From Candidatus Hydrogenedentota bacterium (lineage in GTDB: Bacteria > Hydrogenedentota > Hydrogenedentia > Hydrogenedentales > JAEUWI01), in the NCBI GenBank assembly GCA_034669905.1, contig JAXMOL010000001.1, positions 128,001 to 192,000 of the forward strand: a DNA stretch of 64,000 nt. Direction: 5' to 3'. Under the pieces are notes generated by a model. It did no database searches, had not been told where the DNA came from, and saw only the letters and a list, made by a program, of their open reading frames with translations. Every line of letters begins with the position of its first letter. The first letter of the stretch is position 1. Both the position numbers and the translations under genes were made by a program. Positions 9,258 through 18,284 of the stretch are shown piece by piece.

Positions 9258-11432
9258 ATGCCCCGTACCCCAGCCTTCATCGCCCTATTACTCGCGGTGT
9301 GTGCACTGAACCCCACCCCTGCCGAAGATCTTTCGGAATTACCCTTTCCCCTATGGAATGTGGTCCCGCCACTGACCTACAAACACGATGTCGCTATCGT
9401 GGAGTCTCGCCCCGCCGACCGCCTGCCCATTGTCGTCCCTCCCTTCGAGGAGCATGTCCGCCAGGCGGTACCAGATACCATTCCGGTGGCCCCGATCGAC
9501 GCGGTGACCTTGCAGAAAAACACCCTGGTCCTGGGCACGGGCGACAAGACCCTGACGGTCGATACGAGCACGTGGGCGCCGCCGGCTTCGGCCGAAGCGG
9601 TACCCGACCCCCTCCTTTCTCCCCGGGTGGCCATGGGATTAAGCGTGGACGGACGCACCCGCCTCGCCGCCCATCGGGAAGTCCTCGAATCGGAACCGGG
9701 ACTGCGCATCCTGGACAGCGCCGAAGACTCGGAATACGTGTGGCTCGCCACCAACCGCGGCCTTTATTGTCTGACCCGAAACGAACTGCAGTTCCACCCC
9801 GAATATGGAGTCGGTGGTCCGCTGGCCACCCACGTCACCGCGGTCTCCATCGACAACCGTGGTGCCCTTTGGACCGGATCGCCCCTGGGCCTCAGTGTCC
9901 GTGACGTAGACGGCACCTGGCGTGCCATTCGCGGGCGCGATGGCCTGCCCGTCGAATCCATCACGGCCATTGCCGTGGATGCCAATGACCGGCTATGGGT
10001 CGGCACGGGCCACGGGCTGGTGCACTATCGTCCCTACGAATCCGGTCGGCAGTGGTTCTATCGCGAGGGGCTCCGGTATCTTCCGGGCAATTCCATTCAC
10101 GATGTGGCGGTGACGCCGGAGGGGCGCACCATCTACACCGCCACCGACGCGGGCCTGGGCCGATTGGAAATCATCACCACCACGTTGCTCGAACGGGCGA
10201 GCACCATTGAAGAACGTATCAACACACACCATCGTCGCCTGGGCCTGGTGGCCGCCGCCGAACTGGCAGACAAGGAAGATCCCGATTCGTGGGTTATCCG
10301 GGATGATGATAATGACGGCCTCTGGACCTCGTACCACATCGTGGCCATGTCTCTTGCCTATGCCACGACAGGCGATGAGGCGGCCAAAGCGTCGGCCCGG
10401 GAAGGCATGCACGCCCTGTACATGTTGCAGAATGCCTCGGGCACGCCTGGACTCGTCGCCCGCACGGTGCTCCCCCTGGAGGAAGCGATCGCCGCTGGCA
10501 AGGACAAGGATGAGCAGTGGCGACTCACGCCCGATGGCCAGTTCTATTGGAAGAGTGACACGTCTTCCGATGAAATCGACGGTCACTACTACGCCTTCTA
10601 CACCTATTGGGAACATATTGCGAAGAACGACCCGGCAGAACGGGAACGCTGCATCAAGCAGGTTCGCGACCTGACCAATTACATCGTCGACAATGGCTAT
10701 GTCTTGCTGGACTGGGACGGCGAGCCAACCCGCTGGGGTATCTGGTCCCCGGAACGACTCAATGACGACCCAAACCGTTACCTCGAGAACGGGCTGAACA
10801 GCCTCCAGCTTCTCTCCTTTCTCAAGACCGCCTACTACATTACCGGGGATGAGAAGTTTCAGCAGCACTACATGAAACTGATTACCGAGCACCATTATCT
10901 CGCCAATGTGCTGCTGGAAAAGAAGGTCTTCCCCGATTCCGAAAACCACTCGGACAATCAGCTGGCCTACGTCGCCTGGTATCCCATTCTCCAGATAGAG
11001 CAGGACCCCGCTATCCGCGACACGTTACACAAGGCGGTGCGACGTCACTACAAGACCCTCGATCGGGACCGGAGCAGTTTCTTTTACTTCGTGACGGCCA
11101 CCATCGACCCGGGCATGGTCGATCTGGAGTCCGCCGCCTTGAATCTTCGCCGCATCCCCACGGACCGACGGCAGTGGCAGCAGTTGAACAGCCACCGGGC
11201 CGATGTGGTCTTTGACCCACGGATCGACCGTTTTGGTAAAGAACAGTTGATCACGGCGCTGCCCGTTGATGAACGTCAGTTTGGCCGCTGGAATCGGAAT
11301 GTCTACCTGCCCGAGGAAAAAAACTCCAATCACCGCATCGAGACGGGGGCCGATTTTCTCATGCCCTACTGGATGGGCCGCTACCACGGTTTTATCGCCG
11401 AAGCTGCCGTTGCCAAGACGCCGGAGCCCTGA
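9258..11432 (+). CDS. Secreted protein with N-terminal beta-propeller repeats and C-terminal alpha/alpha-barrel-like domain
   Basis: AAGGAG RBS, signal peptide, repeats 'D..G.LW.GT..GL'; acidic/aromatic C-terminal domain (DNDGLWT, SDTSSDE). Confidence 0.7.
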   Translation: MPRTPAFIALLLAVCALNPTPAEDLSELPFPLWNVVPPLTYKHDVAIVESRPADRLPIVVPPFEEHVRQAVPDTIPVAPIDAVTLQKNTLVLGTGDKTLTVDTSTWAPPASAEAVPDPLLSPRVAMGLSVDGRTRLAAHREVLESEPGLRILDSAEDSEYVWLATNRGLYCLTRNELQFHPEYGVGGPLATHVTAVSIDNRGALWTGSPLGLSVRDVDGTWRAIRGRDGLPVESITAIAVDANDRLWVGTGHGLVHYRPYESGRQWFYREGLRYLPGNSIHDVAVTPEGRTIYTATDAGLGRLEIITTTLLERASTIEERINTHHRRLGLVAAAELADKEDPDSWVIRDDDNDGLWTSYHIVAMSLAYATTGDEAAKASAREGMHALYMLQNASGTPGLVARTVLPLEEAIAAGKDKDEQWRLTPDGQFYWKSDTSSDEIDGHYYAFYTYWEHIAKNDPAERERCIKQVRDLTNYIVDNGYVLLDWDGEPTRWGIWSPERLNDDPNRYLENGLNSLQLLSFLKTAYYITGDEKFQQHYMKLITEHHYLANVLLEKKVFPDSENHSDNQLAYVAWYPILQIEQDPAIRDTLHKAVRRHYKTLDRDRSSFFYFVTATIDPGMVDLESAALNLRRIPTDRRQWQQLNSHRADVVFDPRIDRFGKEQLITALPVDERQFGRWNRNVYLPEEKNSNHRIETGADFLMPYWMGRYHGFIAEAAVAKTPEP

Positions 11433-11513
11433 AGACCGGGCAAGCACCTACTGAATTGATACCGCCAACGGGGTCGTTGACCCGCCCCGAAAAATTTCAT
11501 CTGAAATCAGATT

Positions 11514-11598
11514 TACTCCCCTCCTTGGAGGGGCTGGGGGTGGGTCAAGGCACGGACAACGTCGCGAACCCACCCCTGGCCCCTCCCGGGAGGGGAAT
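11514..11598. repeat. REP/MITE-like composite palindrome (CCCCTCCTTGGAGGGG type)
   Basis: Two hairpins CCCCTCC-TT/CG-GGAGGGG in inverted arrangement with 16-bp arms GGGGCTGGGGGTGGGT / ACCCACCCCTGGCCCC; related short copy at 25148-25170. Confidence 0.7.
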
Positions 11599-11763
11599 CG
11601 TCCTGGACGCCAGATGAAAGTCGCTGGTGTGATAGATGTGCCCATCGTTGCATCAAGCCAATCCCCCGGCCCGCCCGCACGCCACTTGGCCTTGCAGGCG
11701 GGTTCTCGCTATAGTAGCCCCTTCCAATCCAATCCTTGCGGCTGCCAAATGAAGGAGTTCCCC

Positions 11764-13251
11764 GTGTTCCGTCGAATCTATTTTACCCTTGCCCTCGTAG
11801 TCCTTTCCTGCCCCCCGGCCCTGGCCCAGGTCAACGATGTGCCGGGCCTCACCCCTGTCACACCCCTGATTCGGGTCGTCGATCTCAACGTGGGTGAGAG
11901 CACAATCGTAACCCTTCACGACGGCCGTAGCGTGACGGTCACCCTTTCACACCTGGCCGAGCATGCGGAGCCCATCCGCAAGGCCATCCACAGCAGCACG
12001 CTGAAGTTAAAGGTGGATGAAGAGGAAGTCACCCTGGAAGCAGGCCCCTACCGGTTGCCCGTTACAATCGGCCCGGTCCAGATCGATTGTTCGGTGACCA
12101 AGGGCCTGAATGGAAATGGCACGCCGGCCTTCTGGGGACTGGACAAAGACGCCCGCCTTCGCCTCTGGCCCAAGGACTCCCCCTACCTCCATCCCGGCTC
12201 CATGATTTACCCCGTGAAGCAGGGCTGGTACTCCACCCGCACCTGGTTCGACAACGAGCCCGTCCATGGTGGCAAGAGCATTCTCCCGAAGATCTATTAC
12301 CATGCGGGCATGGACATTGGCGCTTCCGAAGGCCTGGCCCCCGTCATTGCCGCCACCGATGCCCTCGTGGTCCAGCGGGGCATGGACGTGCTGGAAGGCC
12401 ATGGCGAAGACACGCCCACCAGCCCGCGCTATGATGTGGTCTATCTGATGGATGGTCGCGGCTGGTATTACCGCTATTCCCACCTGAAAGAAATCGCACC
12501 CAACATCCAACTCGGCGCCGTCATCAAGCAGGGCGACCCGGTCGGTATTGTGGGCAAAGAAGGGGCCAGCGGTGGCTGGTCGCACCTCCACTTCGAGATC
12601 AAGAGTCGTCAACCTTCGGGGAAATGGGGCAGCCAGCCCGCCTTTGCCTTTCTGCACGAAGCCTATGTAAACGAATTTGGTATGAGCCTCTATGCCAATG
12701 CGCGGCCTATGCAAATGATTACGGCGGGCGAGACGGCCCACCTCGACGGGCGGCGCTCCTGGAGTGCCAACGATTCGATTACTTCCTATGAATGGACACT
12801 CTTCGACGGCACCAAGGTGGCGGAAGCCTCGGTGAAAAAAGTCTACCCCACGCCCGGGTTTTACTGTGAGACCCTGAAAGTGACGGACCGCGCGGGTCAG
12901 GTGGCCTATGACTTCGCCTATGTCATGGCGCTCGATCCCGCGGACCTGGAACACTACACGCCCAACGTCAACATCAACTACTACCCCACGCGCAATCTGA
13001 AGCCCGGCGATCCCATCACCTTTAAGGCCCGTGCCTTCCGGATACAGGGCGGTGAAGAAATCTGGGACTTTGGCGACGGCAGCCCGACCCAGACAACCCG
13101 CTCGCCGGAAGACGCCAAGCCCCTGGCTCCCGAGGGCTATGTGGCGCTGGAACACCGCTACGAAAAGCCCGGCGATTACATCGTGAAAGTGTCACGAACG
13201 CACGACAATGGCCAGACTGCCCACGCGAAAGCCTGGGTGCACATCGACTAG
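11764..13251 (+). CDS. Secreted M23-family metallopeptidase with two PKD domains
   Basis: GTG start after AAGGAG; signal peptide; HAGMD and HLHFE zinc motifs; PKD motifs (YEWTLFDG..Y..PG.Y, WDFGDG..H.Y..PG.Y). Confidence 0.85.
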   Translation: MFRRIYFTLALVVLSCPPALAQVNDVPGLTPVTPLIRVVDLNVGESTIVTLHDGRSVTVTLSHLAEHAEPIRKAIHSSTLKLKVDEEEVTLEAGPYRLPVTIGPVQIDCSVTKGLNGNGTPAFWGLDKDARLRLWPKDSPYLHPGSMIYPVKQGWYSTRTWFDNEPVHGGKSILPKIYYHAGMDIGASEGLAPVIAATDALVVQRGMDVLEGHGEDTPTSPRYDVVYLMDGRGWYYRYSHLKEIAPNIQLGAVIKQGDPVGIVGKEGASGGWSHLHFEIKSRQPSGKWGSQPAFAFLHEAYVNEFGMSLYANARPMQMITAGETAHLDGRRSWSANDSITSYEWTLFDGTKVAEASVKKVYPTPGFYCETLKVTDRAGQVAYDFAYVMALDPADLEHYTPNVNINYYPTRNLKPGDPITFKARAFRIQGGEEIWDFGDGSPTQTTRSPEDAKPLAPEGYVALEHRYEKPGDYIVKVSRTHDNGQTAHAKAWVHID

Positions 13252-13295
13252 GCCCTGCCACCTGCAGACCTGTCGCTTCGTACAGAATTGGCTCA

Positions 13296-13328
13296 TTGGG
13301 AGCGCTGGCAAACCGCCTGCGCTCCCAA
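13296..13328. terminator. Hairpin between convergent genes (terminator or REP-like)
   Basis: Perfect 10-bp inverted repeat TTGGGAGCGC / GCGCTCCCAA. Confidence 0.45.
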
Positions 13329-13392
13329 GCCCCCATTCGAGAAGATGGCGGCCGAACGACCTGGAGAATGTCCGAGCTGACACTTCGCCTAT

Positions 13393-14025
13393 TTAGAGGG
13401 CGGATAGCATGCGGACTATCTGCTCGTGCCCCTCTTTCCTGGCGACATCGGCTGCCGTGTCGCCTTCGTTGTTCTTGATGGCGGTGTCGGCATGGTGATC
13501 GAGCAGGACCCGCACGACGCTTTGGCCTCCGTTGTGGGCCGCCCGGTGCAGTGCCGTATCCCCGGTCTGGGTCTGTGCATTGATAGCGGCCCCCGCATCG
13601 AGCAGCGTCTGGACGACCTTCGCGTTTTCCCGCGCGGCCGCATAATGCAACGCGGTCCAATTGGCGCGGGTGCGTGCATCGACCTCGGCACCATGTTCCA
13701 GAAGAAAACTGACATCGTGATCATGGCAACGGGCGGCGGAAATGTGGAGGGGAGTCAAGCCCCAGTCATTCACCGCATTCACATCTGCCTGCCGCTTCAT
13801 CAGATAGGCCATAATATCGAGATTGCCCCATGCGGCCGCAGAGTGCAGGGGCGTCATCCCATATTCACCGCGGCTGTCTATGGGGATACCTTCATCCAGA
13901 AGTGCCGCCACATCGCGGGGCGTACCATCCGTGACGGCTTCATGGATGGTCTCAAAACGCACTTCCGGAGTCACGCAACTGCTGAGCCCCAAGGCCAGCG
14001 CACCTAGTAGGACACGTGATTTCAT
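13393..14025 (-). CDS. Ankyrin-repeat lipoprotein
   Basis: Start ATG 14025 after GGAAAGGAG; lipobox LSSC; about 5 ankyrin repeats G.TPLH.AA..G. Confidence 0.9.
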   Translation of the reverse strand: MKSRVLLGALALGLSSCVTPEVRFETIHEAVTDGTPRDVAALLDEGIPIDSRGEYGMTPLHSAAAWGNLDIMAYLMKRQADVNAVNDWGLTPLHISAARCHDHDVSFLLEHGAEVDARTRANWTALHYAAARENAKVVQTLLDAGAAINAQTQTGDTALHRAAHNGGQSVVRVLLDHHADTAIKNNEGDTAADVARKEGHEQIVRMLSAL

Positions 14026-14112
14026 GACCACTCCTTTCCGCCCCAACCCGGGGCAACCGGGTATCGGAGGAGACGCCATTGCATTCCGCACGCCTCCATC
14101 GCTCAACCGCTA

Positions 14113-15549
14113 CTAAAGCCCCAGCACACCCAGTATCTCCGGATTCTCCTCCTGCCACGTAACCACGTTGTGGCAACTCGTGCAGTCCTGGCTGATGATG
14201 TTTGCGCCATCGCGGCTGCTGTGACCATCATCGTGGCACCGAAAGCAGCCATCGAACTGGGTATGCCCATTGTGGTCCGGATAGGTCCCCCAACCAATAT
14301 CCATTGCGGGAAATATATTCTTCCGATAAATATCCTGAATCGCACGAATCGCTTCGTCCAGGGACTCGGCCCGTTCTGCCACAATCTCACCGTGGTTCTC
14401 CGCATAGAAGCCTTCCAGATGGGATTGGATGAATACCGTGGCATCTTCGGCATCAAGCGCCCCCTCCAGGGCGGCCAGTCCCGCCATTTTTACAGAGGGC
14501 AAGGTCTTATCAATCCGTCCTTCATCCAGGGCCTCGTTGAGTGCGGGCCCGGGCATCTTGAAGCGGTGGGTGGCCCGATTATGGCAGTCCGTACAGTCCA
14601 TTTGGCGGAGCGCCTCTTCAGGAATCTCGTTGCCCTCCTGAGAAAATCCGTCGGCATAATATTCGACGACCGAGCCATCCGGATTTACCGAGCGTATGTA
14701 GCCGATTTCCTCCCGTTTGTCGTCGGTGGAGTAATAGCGTATTTCCCGGCCTGGCGCCAGGTGCCACGTATGAATACCGGAGCCCGCGGCGTCGCGGCCT
14801 CCCACGTGCATGAGCAGGACGGACGTCAGGGGCGTATTGTTTTCGTCGGAGGCATAATCCGTGGTCACCTTCAGCACATCGCCCAAATCCATTTCGGGAT
14901 TGTGACACTCCCCGCAGGTTTCCTCCGCCTGGGCCAGGTTGTGAACGGGCACGGGTATGGGGGTTTCGTAGCTTCCGGTAAGCACCCCATAGACCTGATT
15001 GAGCCCATTCAACTTCGCATGGACCAGTGCGGGTACCCCCGGCCCGATGTGGCAATCCACGCACTTGACCATGGCGTGGGGAGAATTCATATGGGCGGTA
15101 AATTCAGGTTCCATCACCGTGTGACAGGTTGTCCCGCAAAACGCGACAGACTCCATATAGACGGCCCCCTCGTAGCTGATAAGGGAGATCAACATGAAGT
15201 TGAAGGCGGTCAGAAAACCGACGATGATGGCGAGCCGTTGAATGCGCGGGCTGTTGAAATCCAGTTTGATGTGGGCGGGTTCGTCGCTGTTGAGCGCCCG
15301 GCGACGGCGGCGGTCCCACCAGGCCCCCACGGGGATTATCAGCAATCCCAAGACGAATACGGCGGGCAACAGCAGATAGGTCAGAAGCCCGATGTAGGGC
15401 GAAAGGGGCACGCCTAAAAGGGTCATCACCATAAATACCAGAATGGCAAGGGCGCTCACGGTGGTCAGGCTACTACCGAATAGGGTAATCCAGTTACGCC
15501 AAATCAACTGCCCTGCGGCTCCCAGCCAGCTTTTCTCTGGACGATTCAT
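14113..15549 (-). CDS. NapC/NirT-family inner-membrane multiheme cytochrome c, ImcH-like (3 TM, 6 heme motifs)
   Basis: Three N-terminal TM helices; CGTTCH, CVDCH, CGECH, CTDCH, CFRCH, CTSCH; NapC-type 'FC..CH.M.PE...H..SPH..V.C.DCH'. Confidence 0.85.
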   Translation of the reverse strand: MNRPEKSWLGAAGQLIWRNWITLFGSSLTTVSALAILVFMVMTLLGVPLSPYIGLLTYLLLPAVFVLGLLIIPVGAWWDRRRRRALNSDEPAHIKLDFNSPRIQRLAIIVGFLTAFNFMLISLISYEGAVYMESVAFCGTTCHTVMEPEFTAHMNSPHAMVKCVDCHIGPGVPALVHAKLNGLNQVYGVLTGSYETPIPVPVHNLAQAEETCGECHNPEMDLGDVLKVTTDYASDENNTPLTSVLLMHVGGRDAAGSGIHTWHLAPGREIRYYSTDDKREEIGYIRSVNPDGSVVEYYADGFSQEGNEIPEEALRQMDCTDCHNRATHRFKMPGPALNEALDEGRIDKTLPSVKMAGLAALEGALDAEDATVFIQSHLEGFYAENHGEIVAERAESLDEAIRAIQDIYRKNIFPAMDIGWGTYPDHNGHTQFDGCFRCHDDGHSSRDGANIISQDCTSCHNVVTWQEENPEILGVLGL

Positions 15550-15590
15550 CCGTCTATTTTCTCCCCGCGTTCCGTATGCTTTTAGGGGAA

Positions 15591-15617
15591 GGGGAAGGTG
15601 AACGAGTCACCTTCCCC
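15591..15617 (-). terminator. Intercistronic 11-bp stem-loop between decaheme and NapC-like genes
   Basis: GGGGAAGGTGA-acgag-TCACCTTCCCC, no clear U-tract. Confidence 0.5.
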
Positions 15618-15639
15618 ACACTCCATTAACCTTGTGCTA

Positions 15640-17751
15640 TCACGGCCCCATATTGTGGACATCAATGACGGCGAAGTCCGCGCCGCTGTCGTGACAAACG
15701 GAGCAGGATTCTACCCGTGCACCGGGATCCGTATTGAGGATGGCGTGCACTTCGGCCACCAGACTATCGTGACAGGATGTGCAGGAGGCGCGCTCCGGCA
15801 ACTTCTCGGAGACGATTGTGGTGCCGTCAGAGATAACGGTCGAGATGGCATCCATGGACAGGGGAATCTCGAAAGAACCGTCCACGTGACACATCTCACA
15901 GTTTCTCAAATCACCGGGGAATTCGATCTCGGTGAAGTCGTGGGCCGTACCGCCGAATCCGAAGACCGTAAACGCCATCTCCAACTCGGAGCCACGGTGA
16001 ATCTTATGGATCATGTCTTTGAAGTTAATCGTCTCCGGCGGCAATTGCTCCTCCGTGCGCCGTGCGATATCGGTCCCATTGGGGTTGTGGCACATCACAC
16101 AGCTATCCACACCGACCCGAAGGCTTCCGTGGAACCGCAGCTCGCTGTGACAGGCGTTGCACTTGGCGTCATCGATGATCTGACGACGTTCCACCGGCTC
16201 ACTATTGTTCACCGTGAAAATCATCCGTCCATTGGACGCCGTCCCCTGGGTAATCGTCTCTCCCAGGAGGTCAAAGCGCACCCGACCTTCCATCGCTACC
16301 GCGAAGGTCGCTTCGCTGTCGACCGGCACCTGTTCTGTGAACGTGTAGCTGAAGGTGCCATCCCCGTTGTCCGTCGCGTTGGCCGCTGTGATCGTTTCGC
16401 GGAAAGCCTGTTCATAATCGCTTACCGGATAGGCCAGGGTCGCGGCAACGGTAGCCAGCTCGCTCAGGTCGCCATAGGCTTCCCCAGCGCCATTTTCCGC
16501 CGTGAAATTTATCGTAACTGCAGCACCGGTCTCCAGGGCTTCGGTGGTCACGCTATTCACGGTCAAGGACAGGCCCGGAGCAATCGGGCTATCGGTAGCA
16601 AGACGGTGGGCCTCCAGAATGGGGGCAGGCCCCGGGGCCGTGGGGGTGTGACACAGTGCGCACAGACTGTTGTCCACCTGCTGGCCCGCCACGTGGTTGG
16701 TGAAGCCCTCCGGCGTGGCCAGGGGCTCGCCAAACCAGGCGCGATCATGACAGGAAGCGCAGCCTTCGATGGTCGGTGTCGTCATGTAAATGTCGGACAT
16801 GGCCGCATCGGTATGACACGCCGTACAATTCTCCACCGGCTGGGGAAAATGCACGTCGGAATAGTCATGCACCGAATTGCGGAAGCCAATAATCTGATAG
16901 GCCACACCTGCCTGCACGCTTGGCAGACCGGCGCCCTGGTGAATCTTGTGGATCATCTCGGCAAAGTCAACGCTATTGCCGGAATTCGCATCCACGGAAC
17001 CCTGATTATGGCAGAGGATACACAACTGGACTTCCCGACGGGCACCGCCGTGGATTGCCAACCGGGTATGACATACGTTGCAGGTCTCGGTATTCACGAT
17101 CTCCCGTGAACCCAACGCTGTGCCTCCATCGGGACGGAAAGCCAGTACCGGATTGGCGGGATACTCTAATTCATCAATCGGGAACAACCGTTCCAACTGT
17201 CCCCCCACCTGATGCGTCGCATCCCGCGGGTAGTCGGCGGGCAGGCTGCTTGCAAAGCGGTAGGAAAATTCCCCGTCATCGCCCTGGACCACTCCGCCCA
17301 GTCGGGCGCTGTCGTAGGTCGCTTGCGTGCCCTCGTCACCGGTCCCCGCGGTCCCGTCGGGGTCTTCGGTTTGGGAAATGTAGCTCACATACCGCGCGCT
17401 ACTGCCTTCGGGCGGTGCCTGCTCCAGATAGGCCAGAATGAAACGGACGTCGGAAAGCTCACGAAGGGGAATCGGTTCACCCGCGTCATCCTGCGCCGTA
17501 AAGTGCACCACCGGGCGCAAGTCAGCGGGAATCTCGACCGACAGGATATCCACCTGTAGCCCCGGCGAAGTCGAAACGGGCGTTACCATCACCGGATCCG
17601 GGTCGGGATCGGGGTCGGGATCAGGGTCCGGATCGGGGTCGGGGGTCGTTATCAGAGGACACCCGGCCAGTAACAGGACCGCGAGCAACGGGGTCCAGAG
17701 GCCCCACCATCCCCCGTTGCGTTCATGTGTTTTCGGTGTATACCCAATCAC
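15640..17751 (-). CDS. OmcA/MtrC-family decaheme c-type cytochrome lipoprotein
   Basis: GTG start after GGGAGG; lipobox LAGC; (PD)n linker; 2x5 CxxCH motifs separated by beta-rich domains; 'MIHKIH' and 'R.IV....CN.CH..L..HGG' signatures. Confidence 0.92.
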   Translation of the reverse strand: MIGYTPKTHERNGGWWGLWTPLLAVLLLAGCPLITTPDPDPDPDPDPDPDPDPVMVTPVSTSPGLQVDILSVEIPADLRPVVHFTAQDDAGEPIPLRELSDVRFILAYLEQAPPEGSSARYVSYISQTEDPDGTAGTGDEGTQATYDSARLGGVVQGDDGEFSYRFASSLPADYPRDATHQVGGQLERLFPIDELEYPANPVLAFRPDGGTALGSREIVNTETCNVCHTRLAIHGGARREVQLCILCHNQGSVDANSGNSVDFAEMIHKIHQGAGLPSVQAGVAYQIIGFRNSVHDYSDVHFPQPVENCTACHTDAAMSDIYMTTPTIEGCASCHDRAWFGEPLATPEGFTNHVAGQQVDNSLCALCHTPTAPGPAPILEAHRLATDSPIAPGLSLTVNSVTTEALETGAAVTINFTAENGAGEAYGDLSELATVAATLAYPVSDYEQAFRETITAANATDNGDGTFSYTFTEQVPVDSEATFAVAMEGRVRFDLLGETITQGTASNGRMIFTVNNSEPVERRQIIDDAKCNACHSELRFHGSLRVGVDSCVMCHNPNGTDIARRTEEQLPPETINFKDMIHKIHRGSELEMAFTVFGFGGTAHDFTEIEFPGDLRNCEMCHVDGSFEIPLSMDAISTVISDGTTIVSEKLPERASCTSCHDSLVAEVHAILNTDPGARVESCSVCHDSGADFAVIDVHNMGP

Positions 17752-17892
17752 AACGACCTCCCTTCACAGAATCACTATCTGATTCTCGTAGTGCCAAGAT
17801 TCGCTCTCAGCGCGGCGATTAAACGGCTCCCGGGCTCTGGAAAGTGCCCACACGAACGACCTTGAGCATCTCCCTACTGTCATATAGAGGAA

Positions 17893-17910
17893 AGCTTAAG
17901 TCGTGCCAAC
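17893..17910 (-). promoter_or_regulatory. Candidate sigma54 (-24/-12) promoter for the decaheme/NapC operon
   Basis: Minus strand GTTGGCACGACTTAAGCT has GG-N10-GC spacing; AA in place of consensus TT before GC. Confidence 0.45.
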
Positions 17911-18015
17911 TTTCCTGATATACCCCGATCTCGTTCCGGACCCTGCGACATCGCCCAAAGAAGGGGCGATGCCATGGCATTGGCGGAACGTCCGGGTGTG
18001 CCAAGAGTGTCCATT

Positions 18016-18031
18016 AGTACAGTACTGTACT
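18016..18031. promoter_or_regulatory. Perfect 16-bp palindrome, candidate transcription-factor site
   Basis: AGTACAGTACTGTACT near the centre of the divergent intergenic region. Confidence 0.5.
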
Positions 18032-18081
18032 GCCCACAATTGCGCAAGTACCATCTTAAGCCGATGCGCGGAGGGAAGCCC

Positions 18082-18110
18082 TTGACAGCATACCCGAACC
18101 GTGATAGCGT
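18082..18110 (+). promoter_or_regulatory. Candidate sigma70 promoter for the porin-cytochrome operon
   Basis: TTGACA-17 bp-TAGCGT with extended -10 TGn. Confidence 0.55.
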
Positions 18111-18284
18111 GAGTGGACGTTACAGGCGGGCGCACCAGTGTCCTGTTGGCACGGAATTCTCTATAGCGACTTACAGATCGACGTACGCCACGTGATATTT
18201 CACGATACTCGGAAGTCTTTTACACGACCGAATCGGAGGTTGTCGTGTCAATGTGTCGGTACCACGTAGAGGGAATGGTGTGCC

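Noticed and set aside
15598..17109. Long antisense ORFs (503 aa here; also 14170-15417, 31708-33546, 45696-47018, 50919-52703, 52803-54761, 55608-57116, 57132-58664)
   Set aside because: Shadow frames of well-supported genes in GC-rich DNA, with no motifs of their own
18145..18162. Second sigma54 promoter on the plus strand (GTTGGCACGGAATTCTCT)
   Set aside because: The -12 position is TC rather than GC; kept only as one of the repeated TTGGCAC motifs
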